Notes: a model not told the origin generated them from the sequence alone. Shown: positions 29,492 through 40,820, counted from the stretch's first letter. The stretch: DNA of 64,000 nucleotides from Leptospira sp. (GCA_034439575.1 JAWXAQ010000022.1:1-64000), one strand, 5' to 3'. Made by a program: numbers and translations.

Positions 29492-29552
29492 TTTCGCATA
29501 ATGCTCGCTATTTAGATTTTATCACTTTGTGAAAGGATTTCCGCTTCGATCG
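29469..29552. repeat. REP-like palindromic element (CTCCGCTTCAATCTTTCG...GAAAGGATTTCCGCTTCGATC type)
   Basis: CGATC/GATCG outer stem, AATCTTTCGCA/TGTGAAAGGATT inner stem, TCCGCT on both arms. Resembles a dispersed Leptospira repeat as I recall it (not verified). Confidence 0.6.
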
Positions 29553-29665
29553 GTGGTGTGGGGGGAACTGCCAGTCATGAAACAAGAAATTAATTATGTC
29601 ACAAATATTTCTTTCTGTTCGACCAAATCATTCGTGATAGTAGTTTTTTCTAGGCTAAGTTCAGA

Positions 29666-29926
29666 TTAATATCTCATTACTTTTGTTACATATTTTATAA
29701 AAAAATGGAGTATCCCGAATGTTAAAAAAAATACCGGAAAAAAACGAATAAATAAATTTAACAAAAATATAGCTATAGATAATAAATCAGTATTCCCGTC
29801 TCGATTCCAAAATTCCATCGGATTCTGTTCAATTGTAATTAAACAAAATATAATTGAGACTATTATTGAGACAGTGGCAGCCAAATATAGAGGAATTTTG
29901 AATATTTTCCAAAATTTATTTCTCAT
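29666..29926 (-). CDS. Small two-TM membrane protein (possible immunity-type protein)
   Basis: 86 aa, two hydrophobic helices, very AT-rich. Confidence 0.6.
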   Translation of the reverse strand: MRNKFWKIFKIPLYLAATVSIIVSIIFCLITIEQNPMEFWNRDGNTDLLSIAIFLLNLFIRFFPVFFLTFGILHFFIKYVTKVMRY

Positions 29927-29936
29927 TTTCGTTTAT

Positions 29937-30182
29937 TTATTTTGTCCAAGGTTTTTCTTTAATAAGTCTTTCGACAAATACGCAGTAATCTTGTCCATTT
30001 AAATTAGTATTTCCTCCCATATCATTTGCACCTCTTGCTTTTTTCTGCAAAAAAATTGTCTTCTTTTTTGAAGACAGGATAACCCCAGACGCATTCATAC
30101 CATCACTGAAATTCCTAGTCATGGTATTTGCAGCATAGGCAATCCCATCTCGGATTCCATTTGCAAGTTTAGGGGCGAGTAG
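29937..30182 (-). pseudogene. Probable gene remnant (C-terminal fragment)
   Basis: The frame is open 20 codons upstream of the ATG at 30122 (LLAPKLANGIRDGIAYAANT) up to a TGA; no clear RBS; stop is 10 nt before the next gene. Confidence 0.4.
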
Positions 30183-30400
30183 TCATGAATGGTGCCTTTT
30201 ATCATATAAATATTCGTAGGATCAAATTTCCTTATTGACCTAAATCATCTATCAAGTGTTATGCCAATGCAATATTTGACAATAAATTACCATTGGTTAA
30301 AAACCCTTTTCTCATTTTCCCATACTAAAAATCTGTTCAGAATCTCATTTAACATAGGAATTTTTCTTGGCATTAGGAAATAAAAAGATAAAATTAATTT

Positions 30401-31231
30401 ATGAAATTAATTTACCTATTGATTTGTATATCTGTTTTCAATATTCATGCCTCTGAGTTAACAGATGCCATTCGATCAAATGATATATCGAAAGTTAAAA
30501 AATTGATTCAAACCAAAGTGAACTTGGAAGAAGTAGAGGCTGGTATTACCCCCTTAAGTCTTTCTGTAAAAGAAAATAAAAACGAAATCACCAAATTACT
30601 TTTAGAAGCAAACGCAAATCCAAATGTCAGTGATGAAAGATTCATAACACCTTTAATGTTGGCCGCCTGCAATCAAAATAGTGAAATTGTAAAACTCCTT
30701 ATCAAAAACAATGCTGATATTAACGCAAATACTCAGCATGAAACGATGTTAGTCAAAGCAACTCGCTGTAGTAATGCTGAAATCGTCCAGATCCTTTTGG
30801 ATTCAGGCATTGACTATGAAAAAAGAATCCGCACTAAATTGATTTCCCCTAGACCGCTCGTCGAAGCTCTAAAAGCAAAAAAATTTGATATAGCTGATGT
30901 ATTGCTTAATTTTAATTTTGATATAAATGAAGGGAGTTACAATGGAAATTTAAGTCCGCTTTGTTTTTTCTCTCAATATGGTGAAACGGAAGCTGTTTCT
31001 TATCTGATAAAAAAGAAAGCGAATCTAAATCACCTTGCCCAATTGAACTATACACCTTTGATGTTTGCGGCCACAGAAAATCACATTGAAGTTGTTAAAT
31101 TATTAATCGATGCAGGTGCTGATGTAAATATCGTTTCTAAAGATGACAATGAATCAACGGCACTTTCTTTGGCTCGTGAAAAAAAGCATGAAGAAATTAT
31201 TAAACTTTTACTTAATGCCAAAGCAAAATAA
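30401..31231 (+). CDS. Secreted ankyrin-repeat protein
   Basis: Signal peptide; repeated TPL(M)xA...VKLLIxxGADVN. Confidence 0.93.
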   Translation: MKLIYLLICISVFNIHASELTDAIRSNDISKVKKLIQTKVNLEEVEAGITPLSLSVKENKNEITKLLLEANANPNVSDERFITPLMLAACNQNSEIVKLLIKNNADINANTQHETMLVKATRCSNAEIVQILLDSGIDYEKRIRTKLISPRPLVEALKAKKFDIADVLLNFNFDINEGSYNGNLSPLCFFSQYGETEAVSYLIKKKANLNHLAQLNYTPLMFAATENHIEVVKLLIDAGADVNIVSKDDNESTALSLAREKKHEEIIKLLLNAKAK

Positions 31232-31234
31232 GGA

Positions 31235-33109
31235 TCAGTCACAATTTGGATTCAAAGATATGATTGGTAAAATAGCATCCGTTTGGTTAGGAAAAAAATA
31301 ACGAATGCCTAGGTCATAAAATTTAATTTCTGAATCTGCCTTTATGCTTGGAATTGGTACTTGAATCAAATTGTTTCCCGAATTTAATTTTTCTTTAAAT
31401 ACATTGATCACTGTTTCGGAATGGGCTTTAAATTTTTGGTCTTGATCAAAACTATCTCTTTCTCTGAGTTCTATGTCTAAAGAATTTGGGTAATTATCAT
31501 TCACGTCTGTTGGAAGAGATATGTTTAAAAGCAAAGGATTTTCTCTTGGTATTTTATTCCCATTCAAATTTACTTTGTGGCTCAGACATCCTTCCAATTT
31601 AAAATAAAATTCTTTATTCTCCGTTAGGTGAATATTTTGAATATCCCCATTGATTGTTTTTTGTGCAATTGGTGAAAGTAAATTGTTTAGATCTCTAGTT
31701 CTGTGAATAAATAAATCTGATTCTTTGTTTTGAACTAAAGAAGAAATGGAATAGATTGAAATAATCAAAGGTAAGAGTATACATATTAATACAAAAAATT
31801 GAATTGGTTTAGATTTGGCTTTTTTAAGATTCAATCCAACGAGAAAGAGAAAGGTTAAATAAACTTCATCATCTAACAGAAAACATTGAAACATCCCAGC
31901 TATAAAGATGGCATAGATGCCTAAAAAAATTGGTAATTTATGTTTTGAATCGTTTAAATTCGTTATGATTATAAACCAATAATATAGAAAAATTCCAGAA
32001 CCTATGATTCCGCCTAAAATCAAAAAATGAATAAAATCATGATGTGCATGACCTTTGGGTGTAATTAGTATTTCATAATAGAGATAGGGTTTTTTCTCGA
32101 TTTGATCTATATAAGAGGTTTCAAAATATTTTGTATAATTGCCAGAACCTATACCAAATATTCGATTATTTTGAAATATTTCAACATTCGCTTTATGAAT
32201 CCATACCCTTTGGTTTTCTAAAGTTTGTTTCGCAAACAATTGTTCAATGCTCCTTCGAAACAACCAATTTGTTTGAAAAATGACAGCAATCAAAAATATT
32301 AAAATAGTAAATGAGAATATGAGAGTATACTTATGTTTTTTGAAAAGATTTAAACTTGATTTAGGTTTATATAATAATATATATGCGGTGATAAGGCCAA
32401 TCCAGATAGATCGACTCTGGTTCAATAATAAAACAAGTAATCCTAAAATGGAGTATATTCCAAAAATAATTAAAGGAAATTTATTAAATTTTTTAGAATG
32501 TAAATGTAGTCTTAACAATCGATAAAAATGAAACCAAACAGCAGGTAAAAATAAAGCGAGTAAACCCCCATATGTTAGGTGAGTATTTTGGATTCCAATG
32601 GGAAGGTATATCGCTAAATCCCAGAAATCAAGAAAGGCTATTTGATGCGGTAATCTTCTACCAATCAAAAATTGGAATCCATCCATAACGAATGTCGAGA
32701 TTCGATAAGGAAAAAAAATAGAAATACAACCGAAGGTGATAAGTAAGAGAGAAGCGAATTTTAGGTGTGTTTTTAATTTTGTTTTTTGGGCAATGGAAAA
32801 TCCACTAGTGGGAAGTAAAATGAGTAACATCCAAATATCGCCAAATTCCGATTTTAACATCTTCTTCCCGAATGAATATGGACTTTCGCAAGACTGGAAA
32901 GCTGAGGATATAAGGATTAAAATATAAAGACTAAAGCCTACCCAAAAAAGTCTGGGAAAGTCCTTGAAATTTGGTCTCTTGAAAATGAAATAGCAAAGTA
33001 TGGATAGAACGGCAAAAAACTGTGAAAGTGTGACGGAAAGGATCGCCGAATATACATATAGGACGAGCAATAAAAAATCAAAATTTTTAAACGAAATCTT
33101 ACTGCCCAT
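31235..33109 (-). CDS. O-antigen ligase (Wzy_C/WaaL) family membrane protein
   Basis: Multiple TM helices; QSRS, FGIGSGNY and HAHHD motifs. Confidence 0.85.
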   Translation of the reverse strand: MGSKISFKNFDFLLLVLYVYSAILSVTLSQFFAVLSILCYFIFKRPNFKDFPRLFWVGFSLYILILISSAFQSCESPYSFGKKMLKSEFGDIWMLLILLPTSGFSIAQKTKLKTHLKFASLLLITFGCISIFFPYRISTFVMDGFQFLIGRRLPHQIAFLDFWDLAIYLPIGIQNTHLTYGGLLALFLPAVWFHFYRLLRLHLHSKKFNKFPLIIFGIYSILGLLVLLLNQSRSIWIGLITAYILLYKPKSSLNLFKKHKYTLIFSFTILIFLIAVIFQTNWLFRRSIEQLFAKQTLENQRVWIHKANVEIFQNNRIFGIGSGNYTKYFETSYIDQIEKKPYLYYEILITPKGHAHHDFIHFLILGGIIGSGIFLYYWFIIITNLNDSKHKLPIFLGIYAIFIAGMFQCFLLDDEVYLTFLFLVGLNLKKAKSKPIQFFVLICILLPLIISIYSISSLVQNKESDLFIHRTRDLNNLLSPIAQKTINGDIQNIHLTENKEFYFKLEGCLSHKVNLNGNKIPRENPLLLNISLPTDVNDNYPNSLDIELRERDSFDQDQKFKAHSETVINVFKEKLNSGNNLIQVPIPSIKADSEIKFYDLGIRYFFPNQTDAILPIISLNPNCD

Positions 33110-33129
33110 AGCTACAATAGAAATCGAAG

Positions 33130-33966
33130 TTGGTCTCTGTGTCCACTAAAGGTACAAAAAAACTTTCTGTTGCCATCATTACTTTCAATGAAGAAAAAAA
33201 TATCAAAGATTGTATATTATCGGTAGAATCAATTGCAGATGAAATCATCATTTTAGATTCTTTTAGTACTGACAAAACTAAAGAAATTTCTTTAAAGCAT
33301 AACAAAGTTAAGTTTTTTGAAAATCCCTTTTATGGTCATGTAGAGCAAAAAAATAAGGCAATTTCACTTTGTAAAAATGAATGGATACTTTCTCTTGATG
33401 CTGATGAAAGAGTAGATAAAGAATTAAATGCAGAGATAACAAAATTTTTATCTGAACCAGAGAATCATGAAATACAAGGATTTTTAATTTCTCGTCTAAC
33501 ATTTCATCTTGGTCGATGGATTCGTCATAGTGGATGGTATCCACAAAGAAGGTATAGATTGTTCCAAAAACAATTTGCAAAATGGGTTGGCGAAAATCCA
33601 CACGATTTTATAGAAATCCAAGAGGCAAAAAAAGGTAAAGTAATCAACGGAAATATTTTACATTATAGTTTTTCAGACTTCTCTCACCAAATAACAACGA
33701 TCAATCAATTTTCATCCATAGTCGCATACTCACGTTATTCGAAGGGAATTTCTTTTTCCCTGATAAAATCTATTTTAAAACCTATAGGAAAATTTTTTGA
33801 AATTTATATATTCAAACTTGGTTTTCTAGATGGAATTCCTGGGCTCTATATTGCTCTTGCTTCTAGTTTCTCCACTTTTCTTAAATATGCGAAAATATAT
33901 GAATTACAAAATGGTTCAATAGAAAGACCATCAAACATTAGAAAAGACTATGGCAAAAAAAAATAA
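33130..33966 (+). CDS. Glycosyltransferase family 2 (LPS core type)
   Basis: IITFNEE, DSFSTDKT and LDADE motifs. Confidence 0.92.
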   Translation: MVSVSTKGTKKLSVAIITFNEEKNIKDCILSVESIADEIIILDSFSTDKTKEISLKHNKVKFFENPFYGHVEQKNKAISLCKNEWILSLDADERVDKELNAEITKFLSEPENHEIQGFLISRLTFHLGRWIRHSGWYPQRRYRLFQKQFAKWVGENPHDFIEIQEAKKGKVINGNILHYSFSDFSHQITTINQFSSIVAYSRYSKGISFSLIKSILKPIGKFFEIYIFKLGFLDGIPGLYIALASSFSTFLKYAKIYELQNGSIERPSNIRKDYGKKK

Positions 33967-34711
33967 ACCTTCTTTATTTAAGCGTATTTTACAATTTTTC
34001 TGGAAGAAAAAAAATCCTGCTATCTCCATAAATGCAGAGATCCCGAAACCTAAGTCTTTAGACATGGAATGGAAAAAAGCGCAATTAAAATGGAATCAGT
34101 TATTATTGACTAAGAGCGTAGAACAAGGTTTGGTTGTGGAAAGATCTGGATATAAACTTCACAAAACAAATGATAAACTATTTCGATTAGAAGGAAATGA
34201 TTTTTCAATTCTAATTGCCACTGGAAATACGATTTATACAAATAAAGACGGAAAGTTAGCGGGGATCATTTTTGTCGAAGAAGGAAATCTCAACCAAGCC
34301 ATTCAATCAGATTATTCAAAATTAGAAGACTTTTTAACAAGGCTAAATTTGCCAAAAGCTGATTTGAATTTTGAATTAGGAAAATTAGAAAACTGGAAGA
34401 TCATTCTGAATTGGGAAAGGTTTTGGAAAGAACAACTGTTACTTCAACTTTCCGCCAATACGACCGCCATTCTTTTGTTAGCATTGGGTGATGAAATGAA
34501 TGATTTTTTTACTTCTGTAGCGACAGATCGCCAAAAAACACTAGTTAGAGATGAATTCTTTTTTTTGAATTCTGGAAAAACGGGTGAGGCAAATTATCCA
34601 CATGGAAAAAATAAGAATTTCTTCGGATTTTCAGGTGCTTTGAGCGAATTTTCAAATAAAATTGACTTAATCCAAAAGAAGAGAGATAAAGAAATTGGAA
34701 TACCAAAATAA
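33950..34711 (+). CDS. Leptospira conserved hypothetical protein
   Basis: 253-aa ORF overlapping both neighbours in the operon. Confidence 0.7.
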   Translation: MAKKNKPSLFKRILQFFWKKKNPAISINAEIPKPKSLDMEWKKAQLKWNQLLLTKSVEQGLVVERSGYKLHKTNDKLFRLEGNDFSILIATGNTIYTNKDGKLAGIIFVEEGNLNQAIQSDYSKLEDFLTRLNLPKADLNFELGKLENWKIILNWERFWKEQLLLQLSANTTAILLLALGDEMNDFFTSVATDRQKTLVRDEFFFLNSGKTGEANYPHGKNKNFFGFSGALSEFSNKIDLIQKKRDKEIGIPK

Positions 34712-35282
34712 AATCAAACAAACCATACAAGAATCCATTGATGTAAAAAAACAGGTTTCTGAAAGACTAGCACCTGACATTGAAAAGGCTGGCAAACTTT
34801 GCGTAGACGTTCTCAATTCAGGCGGAATGTTATATTTTTGTGGAAATGGTGGTTCTAGTTGTGACGCCTCACATATTGCCGCCGAGCTCGTCATACGTTA
34901 TAAAGGTGGAAACGAAAGAAAGGCCATACCAGCAATCGCACTTAACTCAGATCAGGCGGTTCTGACTGCTTGTTCAAACGATTATGGTTATGAACATGTT
35001 TTTCGCAGACAACTCGAAGCTTTCGGAAAACCAAATGATTTATTTGTGGGCCTTACCACATCAGGCAATTCTCAAAATATTTTACTGGCTCTAGAAGAAG
35101 CAAATTCTATCGGTATGAAATCATTGTTATTGTTAGGTGGCGATGGTGGCAAAATAGCAGGAAAGGGAACACTCGAATTGATCGTGCCATCTTCTGTCAC
35201 AGCTCGCATTCAAGAATCTCATATATTGATCGGACATATCCTATGTAGCATTATTGAAAAAGAGCTTTTCGGGTTGGACTAA
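34695..35282 (+). CDS. gmhA: Phosphoheptose isomerase
   Basis: CGNGGS, NDYG, TTSGNS and RIQESH motifs. Confidence 0.95.
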   Translation: MEYQNKIKQTIQESIDVKKQVSERLAPDIEKAGKLCVDVLNSGGMLYFCGNGGSSCDASHIAAELVIRYKGGNERKAIPAIALNSDQAVLTACSNDYGYEHVFRRQLEAFGKPNDLFVGLTTSGNSQNILLALEEANSIGMKSLLLLGGDGGKIAGKGTLELIVPSSVTARIQESHILIGHILCSIIEKELFGLD

Positions 35283-35286
35283 TATT

Positions 35287-36060
35287 TTGGAACCCTTGAT
35301 TCGGATTGCGCATGCTAACTTACAATCAGGGGAAGGTAAATTCATTTGGAAAGATCTTTCCTTTCAATTGTTACCAAATGAGATACATGCGATCATTGGT
35401 GAATCTGGTTCCGGAAAAACAACACTTGCCACTTCAATTTTTGGCATCCTACCAAAATCTTGGGATTTAACATTTGAGACTTGGGATGTAGCGGGATTGT
35501 CCTGGCAGAAAATGATTGATCAACGATTCCAAAAAAATCTTGTCAATAATGTCTTTCTTGTGCCGCAAAATCCGAATTTGGCGTTTCATCCTTACAGGGA
35601 TTTACTTTCACAAATTCAAGATTTTTATACGTATGGCTTGAAAGCAAAGTTTCAAAAGGAAGAAATCCTCTCTTTGTGGCAAGATATGGGTATAGAAGGC
35701 GGATACAATTTATTGAAACGGATGCCAAGGAATCTTTCGGGTGGAGAAAAACAAAGAATTTGTTTGTCTCTGGCAATTTTGGCAAATCCGAGAATCCTCA
35801 TTTTGGATGAGCCGACAACGGGTTTGGATGCATCGACTGAACTTTGGGTGTTACGTCGCATCAAAGAAATAGCTTCCGTATCTGGTCGTGGAGTGATTTT
35901 TATTTCCCATGACCTTCGCATTGTCGAAAGTCTAGCCTCCCAAGTTACGATAATGAAAGAAGGGCAAATTGTAGAAAGCCAACCGATCAAGGAAAGAAAA
36001 ATTGAACTTCACTCACCTTATGGCCAGGCTTTGGAAAATGCGCATAAACTTTTCGTTTAA
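35287..36060 (+). CDS. ABC transporter ATP-binding protein (dipeptide/oligopeptide type)
   Basis: GESGSGKT, LSGGEKQR, DEPTTGLD and ISHDL motifs; start uncertain. Confidence 0.9.
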   Translation: MEPLIRIAHANLQSGEGKFIWKDLSFQLLPNEIHAIIGESGSGKTTLATSIFGILPKSWDLTFETWDVAGLSWQKMIDQRFQKNLVNNVFLVPQNPNLAFHPYRDLLSQIQDFYTYGLKAKFQKEEILSLWQDMGIEGGYNLLKRMPRNLSGGEKQRICLSLAILANPRILILDEPTTGLDASTELWVLRRIKEIASVSGRGVIFISHDLRIVESLASQVTIMKEGQIVESQPIKERKIELHSPYGQALENAHKLFV

Positions 36061-37513
36061 AAAGTTTTGTTTCCCTCTTTTTTACTTGTTACTCATATTT
36101 CCTATTTTTTCGGAGGATCGTTACCATATTTCCAGTTTTGATTCTAGTAAATACCCGATCCTAACCGTTGAACTTATTGCACGCGAAAATTTATTTGGAA
36201 AGGAAGGGGAATTGCTGATCTCGGAAGATATTGGTGAAGGTAAAAAAATTGCCACCGAATACAAATTATCCGAAAATACAGAACAAAATCCTCTACATGT
36301 TTATTTGTCTATCCCTAGTTATGCGAATTGGGAAGAGAAAAAATGGTTACTTCAATTTTCACATAACATTGCGACTCTAGTTGAACGTTCAAAAGGAAAA
36401 TTTTTCCTCAATGTCCAATCAGATGATAAATTTATTTTTTATGAAGGTTTACCTGCGATTAAATTGACACCTTCCTTCGCATTACCCAAAGAGAAAATGC
36501 CAAATTACCCACTACGAACTTGGGAAAAAGTGATAGGTAAAATGAAGGCAGATGAACATCCAAATAAAGTTTTCATTTCCCTTAGCTTTCAAAATGATTG
36601 GGAAGATAAATTTCGAATCGCCGACTTTGCCAAAAAAATTAACGAAGAAAAAATAAGATATTATGTTGCAGGCCATAATAGTCTCGAGACCACCAAACTT
36701 GCAAGTTATGTGAATGGTAAATTTTTTTCCATCGCAAGTGAAGAAGGAATCTCTGCACTTTTTAAAGAACTGAATGCTCTCGCTTTACCAAAAGTAAGCT
36801 TAGTCTATAAGTCCCCACTTGAATTATCTCCTTGGTCATATTTCGAAGCGGATGTTGAAATATCATTTGGGGAAGAAAAGAATTTAACGTATCAATACGA
36901 AGTTTCTCTGATTAAAACCATTTATTATAAATTTATAGATCCATTTATTTTTTATCCTGTTCTTTTTTTCTTTATCATTTTGTGTTTTTCAGTTCTATAT
37001 TATTTACGTGGGTATGAAGTTCCAAAATCAAAATATAATAAACCTAAGCGTTCAAATGAAAAAATAAGCATCATTTCTGAACTCTCCGAAGAAAATCAAA
37101 GAAATAAAAATGAATTAGAAGTATACGAACGAGTGTATGGTGAGGTCACAGGAAAAGCACGCGAAAATGAAATCGTATCACAGTTTCTCGAAAGGGAAGA
37201 AATTTATGGCGAAACCTATGCCACAGCGGTTCTTGTGATCAAAGAAGGCATTTCCCAAGGGGAAAAATATATTTTGAAATCGGATGAAACTTTGATCGGC
37301 AGGGGTGAAGATTGTGACTTGGTTTTGAATGATCCCTATGTAGATATATTGCACGCTAAAATCAAAAAAGTAAGGGGTCGACAATTGCTTTTTGATTGTG
37401 CATCTAGTGAAGGTGTGCTATTAAATGGTAAGAAACTTTTGCGACCGAAAGCTTTGCATGATTTAGATGAAGTGAAAATTGGCAAAACTGTATTTTCCTT
37501 TCGTGGTAGATAG
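36038..37513 (+). CDS. Membrane protein with a C-terminal FHA domain
   Basis: Signal peptide, periplasmic region, TM helix, then IGRGEDCDLVLNDPYV...GVLLNG. Confidence 0.85.
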   Translation: MRINFSFKKFCFPLFYLLLIFPIFSEDRYHISSFDSSKYPILTVELIARENLFGKEGELLISEDIGEGKKIATEYKLSENTEQNPLHVYLSIPSYANWEEKKWLLQFSHNIATLVERSKGKFFLNVQSDDKFIFYEGLPAIKLTPSFALPKEKMPNYPLRTWEKVIGKMKADEHPNKVFISLSFQNDWEDKFRIADFAKKINEEKIRYYVAGHNSLETTKLASYVNGKFFSIASEEGISALFKELNALALPKVSLVYKSPLELSPWSYFEADVEISFGEEKNLTYQYEVSLIKTIYYKFIDPFIFYPVLFFFIILCFSVLYYLRGYEVPKSKYNKPKRSNEKISIISELSEENQRNKNELEVYERVYGEVTGKARENEIVSQFLEREEIYGETYATAVLVIKEGISQGEKYILKSDETLIGRGEDCDLVLNDPYVDILHAKIKKVRGRQLLFDCASSEGVLLNGKKLLRPKALHDLDEVKIGKTVFSFRGR

Positions 37514-37522
37514 GAGTCGATT

Positions 37523-38323
37523 ATGTTGAGATTGTTACTTTCTATTTTTCTGATTTTGAGCGCATGTGGTGGCACAAAGTCCACAGATTCGACGACAGCA
37601 GCAGTTCTCCTTGCCAATGAGTCTGGCGCTGATGGTTGCACCATCACTGGTATCTCAAATCAGATTAAAGCTGGTTATACGGAAATCGCAACGACATCAA
37701 AAACTGTCAGCACACGCGCTGTCCAAGATACCTATTATGCCGTTGTACAGGTAAAAGGTGGTCAAATTGGAACCAATATAGTTTTTAATCAAAATTTAAC
37801 TCCCTATTTTTATAAATCAACAAGTTGCCCTTTGAAATTGGACACTGATGTATTAGCCGCAGAAGGAACAGATTATACAAAAACTCTCACAGAAACTAGT
37901 CTTACCTTTACCTTACTTAAGGCGAGTAGTTATCTCATTTACTTTTACAGCAAGACAAATTACGAAGCAAACGGATTAACGGTCGTTACTACGGGGACTG
38001 CCTTGCAAGCCGTGAGTGATGCTACTTTGACCGGTATATTGAACGGTAGTACAACTACGTTTCAATTTGCCTGCGACGACAGTGCCTCCACTGGAATTTG
38101 CCAAAACTATTATGGCAGTTTTACAAGTTGTCTAGCGGGCGGTACAAAACAAACTTCTAAGTGTACAGAAACAAATGTTGTCGGCTCATGCAAACTTTCT
38201 CAATCAGGTATCGGAACCATAGTCAGCGTTTACACTTCACCAACAATAGCGGATGCGACTGCGGCAAGTGCCAAATGTACTTCCGGAACATTTCAGAGCG
38301 GAAGCACCGTTCAAACTCCTTAA
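37523..38323 (+). CDS. Ser/Thr-rich lipoprotein with a Cys-rich C-terminus
   Basis: LSAC lipobox, AGGAG RBS, six Cys in the C-terminal ~85 aa. Confidence 0.82.
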   Translation: MLRLLLSIFLILSACGGTKSTDSTTAAVLLANESGADGCTITGISNQIKAGYTEIATTSKTVSTRAVQDTYYAVVQVKGGQIGTNIVFNQNLTPYFYKSTSCPLKLDTDVLAAEGTDYTKTLTETSLTFTLLKASSYLIYFYSKTNYEANGLTVVTTGTALQAVSDATLTGILNGSTTTFQFACDDSASTGICQNYYGSFTSCLAGGTKQTSKCTETNVVGSCKLSQSGIGTIVSVYTSPTIADATAASAKCTSGTFQSGSTVQTP

Positions 38324-38401
38324 ACAAGCAAGTTTTTCTTTCAAATTCTCTGGACGATCTACCCCCAGTACGGGGTATGACTTAGATAAGGGAGAGTCCG
38401 A

Positions 38402-39796
38402 ATGAAAACGATGTTTGAAAAGATTTGGGAAGATCATTTGGTAGATGAGGAAAATGGAACTTGCATTATCTATATCGATCGCCACCTAGTTCATGAAGTC
38501 ACAAGCCCGCAAGCCTTTGAAAACTTAAAATTAACTGGTCGTAAGGTCAGACGTCCAGATGCTACTTTTGCGACTATGGATCATAATGTATCCACTCGTA
38601 CTAAGGATCTTTCCAAAATTGATCCCATTGCTGTTTTACAAATGCAAACTTTGGAAAATAATTGCAAAGAAAACCGTATTAGTCTATTCGATATCAATCA
38701 TCCAGACAATGGAATCGTACATGTTGTGGCTCCAGAACTCGGACTCACTCATCCCGGAATGACAATTGTTTGTGGGGATTCACATACAGCTACTCATGGT
38801 GCCTTTGGTGCCCTCGCATTTGGAATTGGTACTTCGGAAGTGGAACATGTGCTTGCGACTCAAACCTTAGTCCAAAGAAAACCAAAAACATTAGAAATCC
38901 GAGTCGATGGCAAACTCTCACCTCTAGTTTCAGCAAAAGACATCGTACTTGCTATCATTGGAAAAATTGGAACTGATGGTGCCACAGGTTATGTCATCGA
39001 ATTTACGGGCGAAGCGATTCGTGCCTTGTCTATGGAAGGTCGCATGACAATCTGTAATATGGCGATTGAGGCTGGGGCAAGAGCTGGCCTAATCTCTCCA
39101 GATGATACTACAATCTCTTATATCAAAGGCAGAGACTTCGCACCAAAAGGTGCCGAATTTGAAATTGCGGAAAAGAAATGGCGAGCCTATGCTACGGATC
39201 CTGGAGCGAAGTATGACAAAACAGTCGTACTCAATGCCAATGAAATTGCACCTATGGTGAGTTGGGGAACTTCTCCAGGTCAAGTTGTTCCTGTAACAGC
39301 TGTTGTGCCAGGGCCAAATGATTTTTCAGATCCGATCCAAAAAAAATCAGCTGAATCAGCATTGTCCTATATGGATTTGAAAGCTGGTCAAAAAATTTCT
39401 GACATCAAAGTAAATAAAGTTTTTATCGGTTCTTGTACAAATTCAAGGATCGAAGACCTTCGTGTTGTGGCGGAAACTGTGAAGGGTAAAAAAGTTAATT
39501 CCGCAGTTGAGGCGATCATCGTCCCAGGATCTGGAAGGGTAAAACGCCAAGCTGAACTAGAAGGTTTGGATAAAATTTTTATCGAGTCTGGATTTCAATG
39601 GAGAAACCCAGGTTGTTCGATGTGCCTTGCGATGAATGATGATGTTCTCTCACCTGGAGACAGATGTGCCTCTACCTCCAATCGTAACTTTGAAGGTAGA
39701 CAGGGGAAAGGTGGCAGAACACACCTAGTTGGTCCGGCGATGGCAGCAGCTACTGCTATTGAAGGTCATTTTGTAGATATACGTGATTGGAAATAA
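38402..39796 (+). CDS. leuC: 3-isopropylmalate dehydratase large subunit
   Basis: [29 protein letters not shown] and [10 protein letters not shown] motifs. Confidence 0.98.
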   Translation: MKTMFEKIWEDHLVDEENGTCIIYIDRHLVHEVTSPQAFENLKLTGRKVRRPDATFATMDHNVSTRTKDLSKIDPIAVLQMQTLENNCKENRISLFDINHPDNGIVHVVAPELGLTHPGMTIVCGDSHTATHGAFGALAFGIGTSEVEHVLATQTLVQRKPKTLEIRVDGKLSPLVSAKDIVLAIIGKIGTDGATGYVIEFTGEAIRALSMEGRMTICNMAIEAGARAGLISPDDTTISYIKGRDFAPKGAEFEIAEKKWRAYATDPGAKYDKTVVLNANEIAPMVSWGTSPGQVVPVTAVVPGPNDFSDPIQKKSAESALSYMDLKAGQKISDIKVNKVFIGSCTNSRIEDLRVVAETVKGKKVNSAVEAIIVPGSGRVKRQAELEGLDKIFIESGFQWRNPGCSMCLAMNDDVLSPGDRCASTSNRNFEGRQGKGGRTHLVGPAMAAATAIEGHFVDIRDWK

Positions 39797-39806
39797 GGAA
39801 TAAAAT

Positions 39807-40433
39807 ATGAAATCTTTTACAACACTCACTGGGATCGCCGCACTTCTTGATAAGGCAAATGTGGATACGGACCAAATCATACCAAAACAATTTCTTAGAA
39901 AAATAGAACGATCTGGATTCGGCCAACACCTGTTTCACGATTGGCGTTTTTTAGATGATGCAGGGCAAAAACCAAACCCTGATTTTATTTTAAATGCTCC
40001 TCGTTATGCGAATGCAAATACTCTTTTGACGCGAGATAATTTTGGCTGTGGTTCCTCTCGGGAACACGCACCTTGGGCTTTAGAAGATTATGGATTTCGT
40101 TGCATCATTGCACCTTCCTTTGCGGATATTTTTTACAACAATTGTTTTAAAAATGGAATGTTACCAATTGTACTCCCCGAAAATCAGGTCGAAGAATTAT
40201 TCAAATCCATATCAGCAAAACCAGGTGCCAAATTAACCATCGATTTAGAAAAACAAGAAATTCTTTCAGAAGAAGGCAAAAGTTATAAATTTGAAGTGGA
40301 TAGTTTTCGCAAGTACTGCCTTCTGAATGGTTTGGATGATATTGGTCTAACAATGAAAAAGGCAGATAAAATAACAGAATTTGAAGCCAAAAATAAAAAA
40401 GAAGTGCCTTGGCTTTATAAAGGTGTAGTCTAA
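39807..40433 (+). CDS. leuD: 3-isopropylmalate dehydratase small subunit
   Basis: [13 protein letters not shown] and [11 protein letters not shown] motifs. Confidence 0.98.
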   Translation: MKSFTTLTGIAALLDKANVDTDQIIPKQFLRKIERSGFGQHLFHDWRFLDDAGQKPNPDFILNAPRYANANTLLTRDNFGCGSSREHAPWALEDYGFRCIIAPSFADIFYNNCFKNGMLPIVLPENQVEELFKSISAKPGAKLTIDLEKQEILSEEGKSYKFEVDSFRKYCLLNGLDDIGLTMKKADKITEFEAKNKKEVPWLYKGVV

Positions 40434-40439
40434 TTCATT

Positions 40440-40820
40440 ATGAAACATTTTATATTTATTTCCCTTTTGTTTTTTACGAGTGTCGGGTCACTAATCGCTG
40501 AGGATCTTTTGATCCAAGATACCAAAATCGGTAACGGAAAAGAAGCTGCCCGCGGAACAAATGTTACGGTTCATTATACGGGTAAACTTACCAATGGCAA
40601 AATATTTGATTCTTCCTTAGATCGAGGGGAACCATTCCGTTTTGATTTAGGTGCCGGCCAAGTGATTCAAGGTTGGGAAAAAGGAATCGTCGGTATGAAA
40701 GAAGGTGGCAAAAGAAAATTGACCATCCCGCCAAATCTTGGATATGGGAATAGACAAGTAGGACCCATTCCTGCAAATTCCACATTGATATTTGATGTAG
40801 AGTTATTACGCGTAAAATAA
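40440..40820 (+). CDS. FKBP-type peptidyl-prolyl isomerase, exported
   Basis: VHYTG, FDSS, VIQGWE and IPANSTLIFDVEL motifs. Confidence 0.95.
   Translation: MKHFIFISLLFFTSVGSLIAEDLLIQDTKIGNGKEAARGTNVTVHYTGKLTNGKIFDSSLDRGEPFRFDLGAGQVIQGWEKGIVGMKEGGKRKLTIPPNLGYGNRQVGPIPANSTLIFDVELLRVK

Noticed and set aside
28690-31231. Prophage or integrative island at tRNA-Leu
   Set aside because: No integrase or phage genes and no distal att copy seen beyond the local 17-bp degenerate repeat.
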